Positions 35,821-47,942 of a DNA stretch of 64,000 nt are shown piece by piece. This DNA comes from an uncultured Chloroflexia bacterium. Its GTDB lineage: Bacteria; Chloroflexota; Anaerolineae; B4-G1; SLSP01. The notes beneath the pieces were generated by a model that made no database searches, was not told the DNA's origin, and was given only the letters and a program-made list of their open reading frames with translations. The stretch covers positions 111,824 through 175,823 of the forward strand of contig CAVVUS010000037.1 in assembly GCA_963751345.1 (NCBI GenBank), read 5' to 3'. Position 1 is the stretch's first letter, and every line of letters begins with the position of its first letter. A program made the position numbers and the translations under genes.

Positions 35821-35891
35821 CCAGACGACCGCACCACCAGCGAGAGGCGAATGTGGTTGCGGAGCCGGTTGACAGGTCGAGGGAGTCAACG

Positions 35892-37274
35892 ATGAGACAG
35901 AGACCAGGACACAGCGAGTTTCGCACGAGTTCAAATCAGCTCGTCGCGCTGCTCCCGGAGGGGGACGTCGATGTGCTGGCTGAGACACTCGTTGCCTTTT
36001 CCAACGCAGATGGTGGCACCATCTATGTCGGTGTGACCGAGGGCGGCAGGCCCACCGGCGCGGTTTTCCCCGAGGACCTCGAGAGCGGGGTGCAAGAGGC
36101 CGAGCTCAGATGCCGTCCGCCGGTCCCGGTCAGCTGGGAGCAACTGGAGGCCGGTGGGGCCTTTGTCTTTGTGGGTCGCGTCCGCCGCAGCCCGACCCTC
36201 CACACACTGGATGACGGCCGAGTCCTGGTGCGCACCGGGGCCGAGAACCGTGTGCTCGCCGGCACCCAGCTTCAGCAGATGGCGATGACTCGTTCCACGG
36301 GCGATTACGAGAGCGAACCTGTTCCGGGAGCTCATCGCGACGATCTCGACGATGAGGTACTCCGCGAGTTTGTGGAGGTCTGGCAGGACCGTCAAGGGCG
36401 CCAGTTCACACGCCCCCTTGAGGATTACCTGGTCGAGATGGGGTGGGTGATGCGTGACGGGCAACCCACCGTCAGTGGGCTGCTGTTGTTCGGCAAGAAT
36501 CCGACCGCATTCCTGCCGCGATGTGGCGTCACGTTGGTCCGCTTCCAGGGCACGGGGCTACAGAAGGCCGATGGCGGAGCCGCGTATGGCAGGCGGGTCG
36601 AGATGAATGACCCTCTGGCGCGCACGATCAAGCGCAGTTTCGAGATCCTGCAAGAGGAGACTCACACCGGCGCCGTCGTCCGTGGCTTGAAGCGAGAGGA
36701 ACAATGGATCTACCCCCTGAAGGCCATCCGCGAAGCCCTGGTGAATGCCGTCGCCCATCGGGACTACAGGTTGCAGGGCCGGGGCATTGAGATCCGTCTT
36801 TTCACGGATCGACTGGAGATCATCAGCCCTGGGGGATTGCCGGGGTTCATCACATTGGACAACATCGTGGAGGAGCACTTCTCACGAAACCCTCGCATCG
36901 TCAACGGGCTCTTTCAGTGGGGCTACATTGAGGAACTGGGGATGGGCGTTGACCTAATGTACGAAGAGATGGCCACGATGGGACATCCTGTACCGACATT
37001 CAAGGCGTCCGAAGCCTCGGTCACTGTGATTTTCGAGAGCAAGTTTGACCGTCATCCTCTGCCGGCAGGCGTCGCGGACCTCACGATGAACGAACGCCAG
37101 ACCAAGGCCCTGGCCTACATTAAGCAACATGGGCGCATCCGCAGTCGAGAGTACCAGGAACTCTGTCCCGACGTAAGTCCCGAGACGCTACGTCTTGATC
37201 TGTCGGATCTCGTCGAACGTGGTGTTCTGCTGAAGGTCGGGCAGAAACGTGGCACTTACTACATCTTCAAATAG
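35892..37274 (+). CDS. AlbA_2/Schlafen-like domain + HATPase_c_4 (RecG C-terminal-like) + wHTH protein
   Basis: VAFSNADGGTIYVGV, AIREALVNAVAHRDY, SPGGL, RNPRI, EELGMG, C-terminal DLSDLVERG. Confidence 0.88.
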   Translation: MRQRPGHSEFRTSSNQLVALLPEGDVDVLAETLVAFSNADGGTIYVGVTEGGRPTGAVFPEDLESGVQEAELRCRPPVPVSWEQLEAGGAFVFVGRVRRSPTLHTLDDGRVLVRTGAENRVLAGTQLQQMAMTRSTGDYESEPVPGAHRDDLDDEVLREFVEVWQDRQGRQFTRPLEDYLVEMGWVMRDGQPTVSGLLLFGKNPTAFLPRCGVTLVRFQGTGLQKADGGAAYGRRVEMNDPLARTIKRSFEILQEETHTGAVVRGLKREEQWIYPLKAIREALVNAVAHRDYRLQGRGIEIRLFTDRLEIISPGGLPGFITLDNIVEEHFSRNPRIVNGLFQWGYIEELGMGVDLMYEEMATMGHPVPTFKASEASVTVIFESKFDRHPLPAGVADLTMNERQTKALAYIKQHGRIRSREYQELCPDVSPETLRLDLSDLVERGVLLKVGQKRGTYYIFK

Positions 37275-37888
37275 TCACACGCCCAACAACTGCAGCCATC
37301 GCGGGTAGCCGTAGGCGTCCGCCGCATCCAGCGTAGGCGCGTTCGGTTGCGCAGGACGTGGCGCGCCACAATGTTCAAGGTCTCTCTCAGAGTGCTCTCG
37401 TCACCCATCCCCTCGAATCCCAGCGTCCACCAGACGTCGCCTTGCGCAAGGACCTCGGTCAGCTCCACGGAGCACTCTCGGTGTGGAGAGGTGGAACGTG
37501 GCACCACAACGAGCTTCCCATCGGGCATAACGGCATAGTTGCGCACCTGCCTGGCCTTCTGTACCGCCACCCAGGCATCCAGCGTCTCAAAGATCTCACC
37601 GTCGCGGGCGTACGCTGCCAGCCCAAACCCCCACTTCCGCCACAGCTCGATCGTGCCCGAAGCATCATCGGCGAAGGTTGTCATCACGCCCTGGTCATAG
37701 CGCTGCTTGACCTCGATGCGACCCTCGCGGAACTTGATCCCCAGGCCGTCGGTATCCCGCACGATCAGATAGTGATCGACCCGCGATGGCTGCAGATCCG
37801 GCCTCGGCATTTCTGCGGAGAACCACGCGCCCACGCCTTCCGGGGTCGGGCCCGAGAAGAACCACCTGACTTCGGCCGTAGCCCACAT
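37259..37888 (-). CDS. CYTH-like hypothetical protein
   Basis: EVRWF, RVDHYL, GIKFREGRIEVKQR, VQKAR, CSVELTEV, TLGFE. Confidence 0.65.
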   Translation of the reverse strand: MWATAEVRWFFSGPTPEGVGAWFSAEMPRPDLQPSRVDHYLIVRDTDGLGIKFREGRIEVKQRYDQGVMTTFADDASGTIELWRKWGFGLAAYARDGEIFETLDAWVAVQKARQVRNYAVMPDGKLVVVPRSTSPHRECSVELTEVLAQGDVWWTLGFEGMGDESTLRETLNIVARHVLRNRTRLRWMRRTPTATRDGCSCWACDYLKM

Positions 37889-37912
37889 TACGCTGTCGCT
37901 TTGCCTATGCGC

Positions 37913-38894
37913 CTAACGCTCGTCATCGGGGACGAGGTCGACCAGGGCACCGAATTCGCCCGCGTCGAACCAGTCCTCGATCAGGTGGAAGGAAATAGAG
38001 TACCGTGAGGGGAGTCCCAGCGTGCCCGCGACCAACCCATCGCGGATCGACGTCCGGGTGAACCACCGCGCGTCCTCAAGCTCGCCGTCGTTTCGTCGGA
38101 TCTCGGTAGTCGCTGCCTGTGCCGTAAAGCCCACCATCAACGACTGCGGGAACGGCCATGGTTGGGACGAATGATAGGCGACGCCACGAATCGTGATGCC
38201 CGCCTCTTCCCAGATCTCACGCGCGACCGCGGTCTCCAGGCTCTCGCCCGGCTCCACAAAGCCGGCGATGTTGGAGTACCGGCCCTTCGGCCATCGTGCT
38301 TGCCTGCCCAGGAGACAGCGGTTTCCATCGATGACAAGCACGATAATGGCGGGATCGACGCGCGGAAAGTGAATCTGCCCGCAATCGGGATTCTGACAGC
38401 GCAGCAGATACCCGCTCTCCTCACTTCGCATCGGACTGCCGCAGTGGCCACAGAAGCGGTGCTGCAGGTGCCAGTGCATCATCGCCTTGGCCTGGGCCGC
38501 CAGGGCTCCCTCTTCCGGATCAAGAAGCAGCGCCGCGCCCCGCAAATCGGCGAATTGGCCGATCCGGCGACCTCCATCCGCCTGGGGATCACAGCTATTC
38601 CCAATCCCGAGGCCAAAGTAGACGGTATCACCAAGGCGCCCCAGCAACACGGTGTCTATCTCGGAGCTTGGACACTGGTGTCGCAGGGTTTCTATCTCCT
38701 CGAATCTCAGAGTACCTGAGGTGTGCTGAGCCGTCCTCATTCAGCAGGACCTGGTCATGCCAGACCACGACGAACCGGGTCGCGGCATCGGAAAGGGTTC
38801 GCTCCAGCCAGGCGTGGTCCAGCCGCTGCCCGTGTACCCGGTCGATCGTATGGGAGACAAAGGCATTTCTCTGAGCGCGTACAAATGGATCCAT
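37913..38894 (-). CDS. nudC: NADH pyrophosphatase (frameshift near 38740)
   Basis: RFCGHCG, C..C.QIHFPRVDPAII, Nudix box GFVEPGESLE.AVAREIWEE, SQPWPFPQSLM. Confidence 0.95.
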
Positions 38895-39045
38895 CCTACC
38901 TCAACACCTCTAGAGCAGACTCGCGGATTGAACGTCATCGAAGTATACTGGGGGATGTAGCTGGGTCAACGCTCACTTACACTCTAGACAGAGCCCGCGG
39001 GACATACAATAGCCACATCTTGGGAAAGGACTCAGTTGGTTTCCT

Positions 39046-40578
39046 ATGGCCTTCAGACCAGGACACGCGAACCCTCTGACTGTACTTCTGGCTCTACTGT
39101 GCACCTTCCTGACGATTGTGCTTGTCGTGTTGGTCGTCAGGATTGGCGAGTTGGCCTTCGGGATGGCGGTGGTGGAGGCGCGGGGCTCGGCCCGCATCGT
39201 CACGCCGACTCCGCTGCCCACGGCCCCGAGCCTGACACCGACCGAGACTTCAGCGCCCACTGAGACCCCCACCCCAACAGCGACACCCACGCAGACTCCG
39301 ACGTGGACACCCGTGCCTACACGCACGCCGACCCCAACGCCGACACCCTACCCAACGCTCACACCTACGCTGTTGCCGGTGTTACGGCCAACCGCCGTAG
39401 ACGTGGGCATCCTCCCGACGCAACCGGTGTCCGCGACCTACCCCATACCGACGGCGGTGCCACGCTATCCCATCTCGGAGGAAGCGCTGACGGTCGTGCT
39501 CTTGGGCAACGACCAGCGTCCGGACTGGGAGCACTGGAATACCGACGCAATCCAGTATGCCGTCATCTATCCGAAGATACCTTCGGTCGCCCTGATCTCG
39601 ATCCCCCGAGACCTCTATGTATACATCCCACAGTTCTATATGAGCCGTGTGAACGTCGCCCACATGTATGGAGAGGTCAACAACTTCGACGGTGGCGGCT
39701 TCGGCCTCCTCAACCAAACCCTGCTCTATAACCTCGGGATCACGGCCGACTACTATGCTATGGTCAACTTCGAGGGCCTCAAGGGCATCGTTGACACCCT
39801 GGGCGGCATCGACGTGCCCGTGCACTGTCACCTCGAGGATTACTGGCCCTACCCGGATGAGAATGGTGAGTTCCACCGCATCGCCTTGGAGCCGGGCATC
39901 CAGAATATGAACGGCGAGCTGGCACTCTGGTACTCGCGTACCAGGAAGACGACCAGCGTTTTCAACAGGGAAGAGCGTCAGCAACAGGTTCTGGAGGCAA
40001 TCTGGCGGAAAGCGCGTGAAGGGGGTCTCTTGCAGGCCGTTCCCTCGCTCTACAACCAATACGGCGACATGGTGAAGACCGACTTGGGACTAAACCGAAT
40101 TCTCTCTCTGGCGTTGCTCGCTGCTCAGATCGAGCCGTCGCAGGTGACGATGTACAACATCGGCCGGACAGAGGTTGTTCCATACGTGACGATCTACGGT
40201 GGAAACGTCTACCTGCCTAAATGGGAGGAGATCGCGCCGCTGATCGATCGCGCGATGCTGCCGCCTTCGCCGAGCCGGGCAGCCCTGGCCTCCGTGAAGG
40301 TCGAGATCTGGAACGGGTCGGGCCACGATCAATGGGACCTATTGGCAGCCGACAGCCTCTACCAGAATGGCTTTACCCCGATCCTCGGAACGACGGATGG
40401 ACAGGGCTATGCCCAGACGACGATCCAGGTCTTTGGCGAGCATGCAAAGGGCACCGGGGTTACGGCCGTCGAGGAGATCTTCGGGGTCGACGAAGCTCAC
40501 GTCAGCTATCTGGGTGTCGCCAACGGTGACATCAGGGTACGACTGATCCTCGGAGCCGATTACCAGCCGTGCCGGTAA
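39046..40578 (+). CDS. LCP (LytR-CpsA-Psr) family protein with PT-rich linker and LytR_C domain
   Basis: LLGND, TDAI, ISIPRDL, VNFEG...VDTLGGIDV, NGELAL.YSR.R, REERQQ, VEIWNGSG, LILGADY. Confidence 0.92.
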   Translation: MAFRPGHANPLTVLLALLCTFLTIVLVVLVVRIGELAFGMAVVEARGSARIVTPTPLPTAPSLTPTETSAPTETPTPTATPTQTPTWTPVPTRTPTPTPTPYPTLTPTLLPVLRPTAVDVGILPTQPVSATYPIPTAVPRYPISEEALTVVLLGNDQRPDWEHWNTDAIQYAVIYPKIPSVALISIPRDLYVYIPQFYMSRVNVAHMYGEVNNFDGGGFGLLNQTLLYNLGITADYYAMVNFEGLKGIVDTLGGIDVPVHCHLEDYWPYPDENGEFHRIALEPGIQNMNGELALWYSRTRKTTSVFNREERQQQVLEAIWRKAREGGLLQAVPSLYNQYGDMVKTDLGLNRILSLALLAAQIEPSQVTMYNIGRTEVVPYVTIYGGNVYLPKWEEIAPLIDRAMLPPSPSRAALASVKVEIWNGSGHDQWDLLAADSLYQNGFTPILGTTDGQGYAQTTIQVFGEHAKGTGVTAVEEIFGVDEAHVSYLGVANGDIRVRLILGADYQPCR

Positions 40579-40617
40579 TGCTTCACATCGCGGGGAGATG
40601 CGGGAGAGGTATACACT

Positions 40618-41476
40618 TTGATCTTTGAGCACGATGAAACGCCGGAGTTCGTCAACGCGCGCTTGACCGCAGCGCTGGAGTCACTGGCCGAGCAGGACAC
40701 GCCGGATAGGCGGTCTGCCTTCTACACGGCCCTCCTCGGCAGCAGCCTGATCTTGCCTGCGCCGGAGGACGGATGCCCTCGCAGACGAGGAGGCCCTCGC
40801 TAACGAGGGTAGCGATCAGAACGCTGAGGATGTCACGTTGGCAGAGGACATCCCTCTCCTCATCTTCGAGAACGACGCGGGGGAGCCGGTGCTCATCGCC
40901 TTCACTGACGAGGACGCTGCGCTCGCGTGGGGCCCCGACAAGACGGGGTTCGTCGCACTCCGCGGGCTGGACCTGCTCCTGATCGCTATCCAAAATGGGA
41001 TTGAGGAACTGGTGTTGAATCCCGGAAGTCCGACCTCGCAGCGCATTCCGAGATACGAGTTCGAGACGATCGCCCTTGGCCGCTCGCGTGACTGCATATC
41101 CCCCCCCGAAGGCGAGGCCGAAGGCACACGCCCCTCCGCCCGCGCCGGGATGACGGTGCTCGTTGCACAGCCGGAGGAGTCCCCGCCTGAGGAATGGCAG
41201 GCGACCTTGAGGGAGGTGCTCGCGAGCTATCCCTCCGTGGAGTCGGCCTATTTCTTCCAACTACGCGGGATGCCGGACGGGCCGCGTCACGTCATTGGGG
41301 TAGCACTCTACGAGGGAATGACTTTCGACGCGCAGGAGCGATTGATGGACACAATGCTCGCCGAGATCGAGGCACTGCTTCCTGAGGGTTGGACGCTCGA
41401 CTTCGTCATCCTGGATGATCCCGGCTTTCTCAAGACGGTACAGGATACCGTCGCTCCCCTCTTTGACCGGGGCTAG
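40618..41476 (+). CDS. SseB family protein, N and C domains (frameshifts ~40770-40840)
   Basis: FYTALLGSSLILP, LIAFTDEDA, LVLNPGS, VESAYF, LDFV. Confidence 0.75.
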
Positions 41477-41892
41477 ACCGGTTGACCGCCATCGCCATCT
41501 CGCCGGGCAGGTGGCAGCTCGGGTTCGAGATCGACGATCTCTTGCACCGGCGAGTGTAGGCCATCACTAACGCTACCGGTACCTCCCGAGGCCTGTAATT
41601 CGGCGACGACATCCGGCGGACTGAGCGAGATGAACATCCGCAATCCCAGGAGGATCAGGACGAGATCGTCCACCTGGCCAATCCCGAGGAAAGCATCAGG
41701 CACCAAGTCGAAAGGTACGAGCAGATAGGTGAACACGAAGAGAGGCACCAGTTTGGTGAAAAACGGAACGCGGCTATCCCAAAACAGCTTCCACGCCAGC
41801 CCGAACTGTGACAGAAACTCCTTCAGCCAACCCAGAAGTTCCCGCTCCTGATTGTGACGCGACTTATCACGCTCGATGTTGCCCTGGTTCAT
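41473..41892 (-). CDS. YkvA/DUF1232 family membrane protein
   Basis: DSRVP...K, YLLVPFDLVPD..LGIGQVDD. Confidence 0.9.
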   Translation of the reverse strand: MNQGNIERDKSRHNQERELLGWLKEFLSQFGLAWKLFWDSRVPFFTKLVPLFVFTYLLVPFDLVPDAFLGIGQVDDLVLILLGLRMFISLSPPDVVAELQASGGTGSVSDGLHSPVQEIVDLEPELPPARRDGDGGQPV

Positions 41893-42227
41893 AGTTCCTC
41901 CTTCGTCCCGTTACTCGACAGTATTGTACACCGTAGCAGTCCAAACACATATGGCAACCAGCCGGCATGGCCGAGACAGAGCCGGCTCACAGAAATGATA
42001 CGGAATCCGGATGCGGCAAGTTGCACCAGCGGCGCCCTGCCGGCAGTACCGTGCTCTGCAAAGACCGGAATCGCATCGTGCCGACAGGACTTCCGATTCC
42101 GCAAGCATTTTCTCATCGAGGGAGGCGCGTAAGTGTCGATCCGCAAAACGCAATTGGTACGGTTCTGCTCTCCGGCACGTTGAAGTGAGACCGGTTCGTG
42201 GTAGATTAGGCGTAGGTGAAATAGCAT

Positions 42228-43241
42228 ATGCCTTTCCTTATTGATGGACACAACGTGATTGCGGCGCTCCAGGACATCGATCTGGAGGACCCTGACGACG
42301 AAGCCAAGCTCGTCATGAAACTCCGCGCCTGGACGGCGCGAATCCGGCATAAGGCGATCGTGATCTTCGATGGCGGGATCCCAGGCGGACCATCGCCGAC
42401 ATTGTCCACTGCCGACGTCAGGGTGATTTTCGCCGCGCGCCATCACACAAACGCCGACCGTATCATTGGGGAACGACTCAAGCAGCTGCCGGATGCCGGG
42501 AACTGGACGGTGGTGTCATCAGATCGCGAGGTTCTGGATGACGCACGTACAGCAGGCGCACGCGTCATAACCGCGACCGACTTCGCCGAATCGTTCGAAC
42601 GATCCGCAGTCGCCGAGAAGGAGAAACCGGAGGCCATCTCGTCGGCGGAGGTGGAGGCTTGGCTGGAGATCTTCCAGGAGTCGGAGGAGGAACACGCCGA
42701 AGTCCCTCCCGCATCCGCTCCGGTGGCGTCCGAAACCGTGGCGCGGAGTGACCGAAAGCCGCAGAAGACCCGGCGCAAGGTAGCGTCACACTCCAGAACG
42801 ACGACGCGGACCATCGCCGAGCAAATGGAAGTTGAGCTTCCGCCGGATCCCGAGGCCGGTCAGCCTACAGGCAAACCCGATTTCCCGACCAGGGTCGAGG
42901 TCAACGCGTGGCTCGAGGTCTTTCACGACGACCCCGACAGCACCATACCACCTCCGAACCTACCCAAGCCCAAGAAAGTAGCGCCCAAGCGTCCGGTGGT
43001 CAAGAAGACGGGAGGTCTCTCCGAAGCAGAGGTGGATACGTGGCTCTCCGTCTTCGGCGATGAGGACGACACTGACGTAGAGGGCAGTGCATCTCCACCG
43101 CCGAAAAACGCCGGTGCACACAGGCCAACCTCAAAGCTCGCCAAACATCGCGAGAACCTGGCGCCGCCGGATGACCAGACGGATCCGCAGCTATCGGAGG
43201 ATGATCTCGAGTTGTGGCATCGCCTCTTCGGCGATGGTTAG
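42228..43241 (+). CDS. NYN (YacP-like PIN) domain protein with repeated C-terminal motifs
   Basis: LIDGHNVI, VIFDG, ADRII, VVSSDREV. Confidence 0.85.
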   Translation: MPFLIDGHNVIAALQDIDLEDPDDEAKLVMKLRAWTARIRHKAIVIFDGGIPGGPSPTLSTADVRVIFAARHHTNADRIIGERLKQLPDAGNWTVVSSDREVLDDARTAGARVITATDFAESFERSAVAEKEKPEAISSAEVEAWLEIFQESEEEHAEVPPASAPVASETVARSDRKPQKTRRKVASHSRTTTRTIAEQMEVELPPDPEAGQPTGKPDFPTRVEVNAWLEVFHDDPDSTIPPPNLPKPKKVAPKRPVVKKTGGLSEAEVDTWLSVFGDEDDTDVEGSASPPPKNAGAHRPTSKLAKHRENLAPPDDQTDPQLSEDDLELWHRLFGDG

Positions 43242-43273
43242 CCATCTGTTCGATCTCGACCCAAGGAGGAAGT

Positions 43274-43825
43274 ATGCGCGTCAAGACCCAGATCATCATC
43301 GGGGCAATTGTCGTGGTGTGGGGGCTGTTGCTGCTCGTCGGCAATCTGGTGGGGATCGATGTCTGGGCTTATGTCTGGCCCCTCGTCCTTATCGCGATCG
43401 GCGTATGGCTGCTGACCCGACGCGGACGGCCGGGCGGACGCGCCTTTGCCCGGTTCATTCTGCTGGGCGATGTCCATCGTCGAGGAGCATGGAACGTGAA
43501 AGACGAAGACATCTTCTGCCTGATTGGTGACATCCATATGGACCTGACCCAGGCCCTTATTCCCCCGGGCGAGACCACGGTCCGGATGCAGGGGTTTGTC
43601 AACAGCATCACCTTAAGGGTTCCCCGCGACGTAGGCGTTGCAGTCTCTTCCACTGCATTTCTCACAACCGCCCGAGCCTTCGGACACAAGCAGGACTTCA
43701 TGATTACGCCCTATGAGGTCCAGAGCGACAACTATCCGGATGCCGATCGCAAGATACGATTCGAGCTCCTCTACTTCGTCGCCGATCTGAAGGTTCGGCA
43801 GCCTGAATCCACAGTCGAAGGCTAG
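43274..43825 (+). CDS. liaF: LiaF-like cell-envelope stress membrane protein (DUF2154)
   Basis: Two TM helices, WPLVLI.IG, IGDIHMDLTQA.IP.GET, VPRDVGV. Confidence 0.8.
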   Translation: MRVKTQIIIGAIVVVWGLLLLVGNLVGIDVWAYVWPLVLIAIGVWLLTRRGRPGGRAFARFILLGDVHRRGAWNVKDEDIFCLIGDIHMDLTQALIPPGETTVRMQGFVNSITLRVPRDVGVAVSSTAFLTTARAFGHKQDFMITPYEVQSDNYPDADRKIRFELLYFVADLKVRQPESTVEG

Positions 43826-43883
43826 GCGCGCGGCCCCCTGAATCGGGGAGCTCTTCAGGGTGGCGCGAAGTCAGCGAAGCGAA

Positions 43884-45071
43884 ATGGCGCGTAAGATCAT
43901 ACACCTGGATCTCGACGCCTTCTTTTGCGCCGTCGAAGCCCTGCGAGATCCCTCACTGCTGGAAAAGCCGTTTGCGGTGGGGGGGCTCCCCGAGCATCGC
44001 GGGGTCATCGCTTCGTGTTCGTACGCTGCCCGCCGCTACGGCGTGCGTTCTGCGATGCCGACAGCGCGAGCACTACAGCTTTGTCCCGACCTGATTGTCC
44101 TCCCCGGACACCACAGCGACTATAGTGGCTACTCACGCCGCGTTATCGCTCATCTCCACAACCTAACAGATCTTATCGAGCAAATCTCGATCGACGAGGC
44201 CTTCATCGACGTGAGCGATCTGCGCGCCCCGGCCCGGCAGATCGCCGTCGAACTGCAGCAGACGATCTGGCGCGAAGTCAGACTCCCCTCTTCGCTTGGC
44301 GTCGCAACCAACAAACTGGTTGCCAAGATTGCCAATACCGTGGGCAAGAGCAAGTCTAGCAGCGGGGCTTCGCCAATGGCAATCACCGTGGTGCCGCCCG
44401 GAGAGGAGGCGGCTTTCCTGGCGCACCTTCCGGTTACCGAGCTCTGGGGTGTGGGCCCGAAGACCGCTGCCGAACTCGAAGCGCTGGAGATCCGGTGGAT
44501 CGGCGACCTGGCAAGCTGGCCTGAGGAGGATCTAACTCGTCGCTTTGGCAAGCACGGGCACGATCTGGCTCTTCGAGCCCGCGGGATCGATGACCGGCCG
44601 ATCACCACGGAACACGAGGTGAAGTCAATCAGCCACGAGGTCACGTTCGCGCACGACGTGACCGATGCCGGGGAACTCAGGCGCACGCTCTCTCGGCTTT
44701 CGGAGAACGTCGGGCGCCGACTGCGAGCACAGTCGCTTGCCGGCGGCACGGTCAAGCTCAAACTCCGCTGGTCGGACTTCACCACGTTGACCCGCCAAGT
44801 CACGCTGACGGAACCCACGGATCGAGATGATGATATCTACCGGTCGGCCCTACAACTGCTGGAAGGGCATTGGCCCAAGGGCAGAGCCGTGCGTCTGATT
44901 GGCGTGGGCGCGAGCGGCCTCGTGCAGCCGATGGAGCAGTTGCATCTCTGGGATACGTCCATCCAGAAAGGGCGGCGTCTACAGCGAGCGTTGGACGAGG
45001 TACGAGATCGCTTTGGGCGTGACGCCATCCAGCGGGCCATCGAGATCGACCCAGACGGTCCTACCGAATGA
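43884..45071 (+). CDS. dinB: DNA polymerase IV
   Basis: HLDLDAFFCAVE, SYAARRYGVRSAMP, SIDEAFID, NKLVAKIA, WGVGPKT, VRLIGV. Confidence 0.96.
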   Translation: MARKIIHLDLDAFFCAVEALRDPSLLEKPFAVGGLPEHRGVIASCSYAARRYGVRSAMPTARALQLCPDLIVLPGHHSDYSGYSRRVIAHLHNLTDLIEQISIDEAFIDVSDLRAPARQIAVELQQTIWREVRLPSSLGVATNKLVAKIANTVGKSKSSSGASPMAITVVPPGEEAAFLAHLPVTELWGVGPKTAAELEALEIRWIGDLASWPEEDLTRRFGKHGHDLALRARGIDDRPITTEHEVKSISHEVTFAHDVTDAGELRRTLSRLSENVGRRLRAQSLAGGTVKLKLRWSDFTTLTRQVTLTEPTDRDDDIYRSALQLLEGHWPKGRAVRLIGVGASGLVQPMEQLHLWDTSIQKGRRLQRALDEVRDRFGRDAIQRAIEIDPDGPTE

Positions 45072-45125
45072 GGCCGCCGAAACGATCTGGGAGGTCTAGC
45101 GCTCTGCCTATGGGTATTTGCCGTT

Positions 45126-46118
45126 TCAGCGCCCTGGCCGGTAGGCGACGTCAGAGAGAAGATGCAACAGCATCTGCGCGTCATTGCAGTCCATCAGGCG
45201 GGCCCGATCTCTCCGGGCGACGCCCGAAGATGGCAGATAAGCTCCTAGGTGTTTGCGAAACTGGCGGACGCCGCGGTGTTCGCCGTGGAACGCGATCATC
45301 ATGCTCAAGTGCTCCTGGATCACGGGTAGACGCTCCGGCCACGGTATCTCATCGCGGTGCCGGCCTTCGAAGATCCAAGGGTTGCCAATCGCGCCGCGAC
45401 CGATCATCACGCCATCGCAGCCTGTGACCTCCAGAATCCTGTCAATGTCCGCAGGTGTCTGCACGTCACCACTGGCGAGTACAGGCACCGCGACGGCCCG
45501 CTTCACCTCTGCGATTGCGCCCCAATCTGCCGAGCCCAGGTAGCCCTGAACGGCGGTTCTCCCGTGTACTGCGATCAGGGCTGCGCCGTTGTCGGCCAGG
45601 GCCCGTGCGACTTCCAGGTAGTTGCGCGACTCGGCATCCCATCCGAGCCGGATCTTGCCGCTGACGGGTACATCGACGGCCTGGGTGAGATGGGCAAAAA
45701 GGCGGGCGATTCCCGCCGGATCTCGCAGGAGCGACGCTCCGGCGCCGGAACCCGCGACCTTGGGCTTGGCGCATCCGAGGTTGATGTCAATTGCAGTCAT
45801 TCCCAGCGATTCGACTTTGCGTGCCGCCTCGACGATCACTGCGTCATCGCTGCCGAACAACTGGCACACGACCGGAAATTCATCAGGGTGGAAGAGGAGC
45901 ATCTCTGCCGTCGCGGAATTCCCGAATGGCCCCGGACCATACACGATAGCATTTGAAGAGAGCAGGCCCGTATACACCAGGGCCGCTCCAAAGCGACGGC
46001 ACAGACGGCGGAATGGCTGATCGTTGTAGCCCGACATAGGGGCCAGCACGACCGGTTCATCAATCGAGGTCGGACCCAAGTGAAAGGCAGAGCGCGCCCG
46101 CGTGCTATTGCATGCCAT
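45126..46118 (-). CDS. dusB: tRNA-dihydrouridine synthase
   Basis: LAPMSG, QLFGSD, DINLGC, GAGASLL, KIRLGW, VHGRT, GVMIGRGAIGNPWIF. Confidence 0.92.
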   Translation of the reverse strand: MACNSTRARSAFHLGPTSIDEPVVLAPMSGYNDQPFRRLCRRFGAALVYTGLLSSNAIVYGPGPFGNSATAEMLLFHPDEFPVVCQLFGSDDAVIVEAARKVESLGMTAIDINLGCAKPKVAGSGAGASLLRDPAGIARLFAHLTQAVDVPVSGKIRLGWDAESRNYLEVARALADNGAALIAVHGRTAVQGYLGSADWGAIAEVKRAVAVPVLASGDVQTPADIDRILEVTGCDGVMIGRGAIGNPWIFEGRHRDEIPWPERLPVIQEHLSMMIAFHGEHRGVRQFRKHLGAYLPSSGVARRDRARLMDCNDAQMLLHLLSDVAYRPGR

Positions 46119-46272
46119 CAGATGATACGCCTGAGAGTCTCCATAGTAGGTGGCATTCTACCACAACGGGAGCGCGAGCGGGTGCCGATGACAAGGGACG
46201 CTGCACTACCGAGATTCAGACCTAGCGCCAGGTGCAGAGCGCATGATGCGATCAGAACTCGTAGCATCGGAT

Positions 46273-46300
46273 TTGACACCCTCAGGATATCGGGTACAAT
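46273..46300 (+). promoter_or_regulatory. Sigma70 promoter of the lysine operon
   Basis: TTGACA-16 nt-TACAAT. Confidence 0.75.
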
Positions 46301-46321
46301 ATCCCTCATTCAGGAAACTTG

Positions 46322-46372
46322 ATGATGCGACACACGATGTACCTGCGAGGGACGAAGAAGCCGGACCGCTAG
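46322..46372 (+). CDS. Leader peptide 1, MMRHTMYLRGTKKPDR
   Basis: Short ORF after AGGA SD with tandem AAG AAG codons; 3' end inside hairpin CCGGACC-GCTA-GGTCCGG. Confidence 0.7.
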   Translation: MMRHTMYLRGTKKPDR

Positions 46373-46402
46373 GTCCGGAGATTCGTGTTGAAGCAGGACA
46401 CC

Positions 46403-46442
46403 ACCGGCCCTAGTGCAAGCGCACAGGGTCGGTTTTCTGTTA
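46403..46442 (+). terminator. Attenuator terminator 1
   Basis: ACCGGCCCT(A)GTGC-AAGC-GCACAGGGTCGGT followed by TTTCTGTT. Confidence 0.78.
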
Positions 46443-46447
46443 CTTAG

Positions 46448-47925
<1,478 letters not shown>

Positions 47926-47942
47926 CTGGAAGGAGACATCCG

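Noticed and set aside
39200-39460. Low-complexity ACN-CCN repeats (also 3395-3520)
   Set aside because: They encode ordinary Pro/Thr linkers of surface proteins.
41893-43884. LexA box for dinB
   Set aside because: No GAAC-N4-GTTC-type site recognised upstream of dinB or its putative operon.
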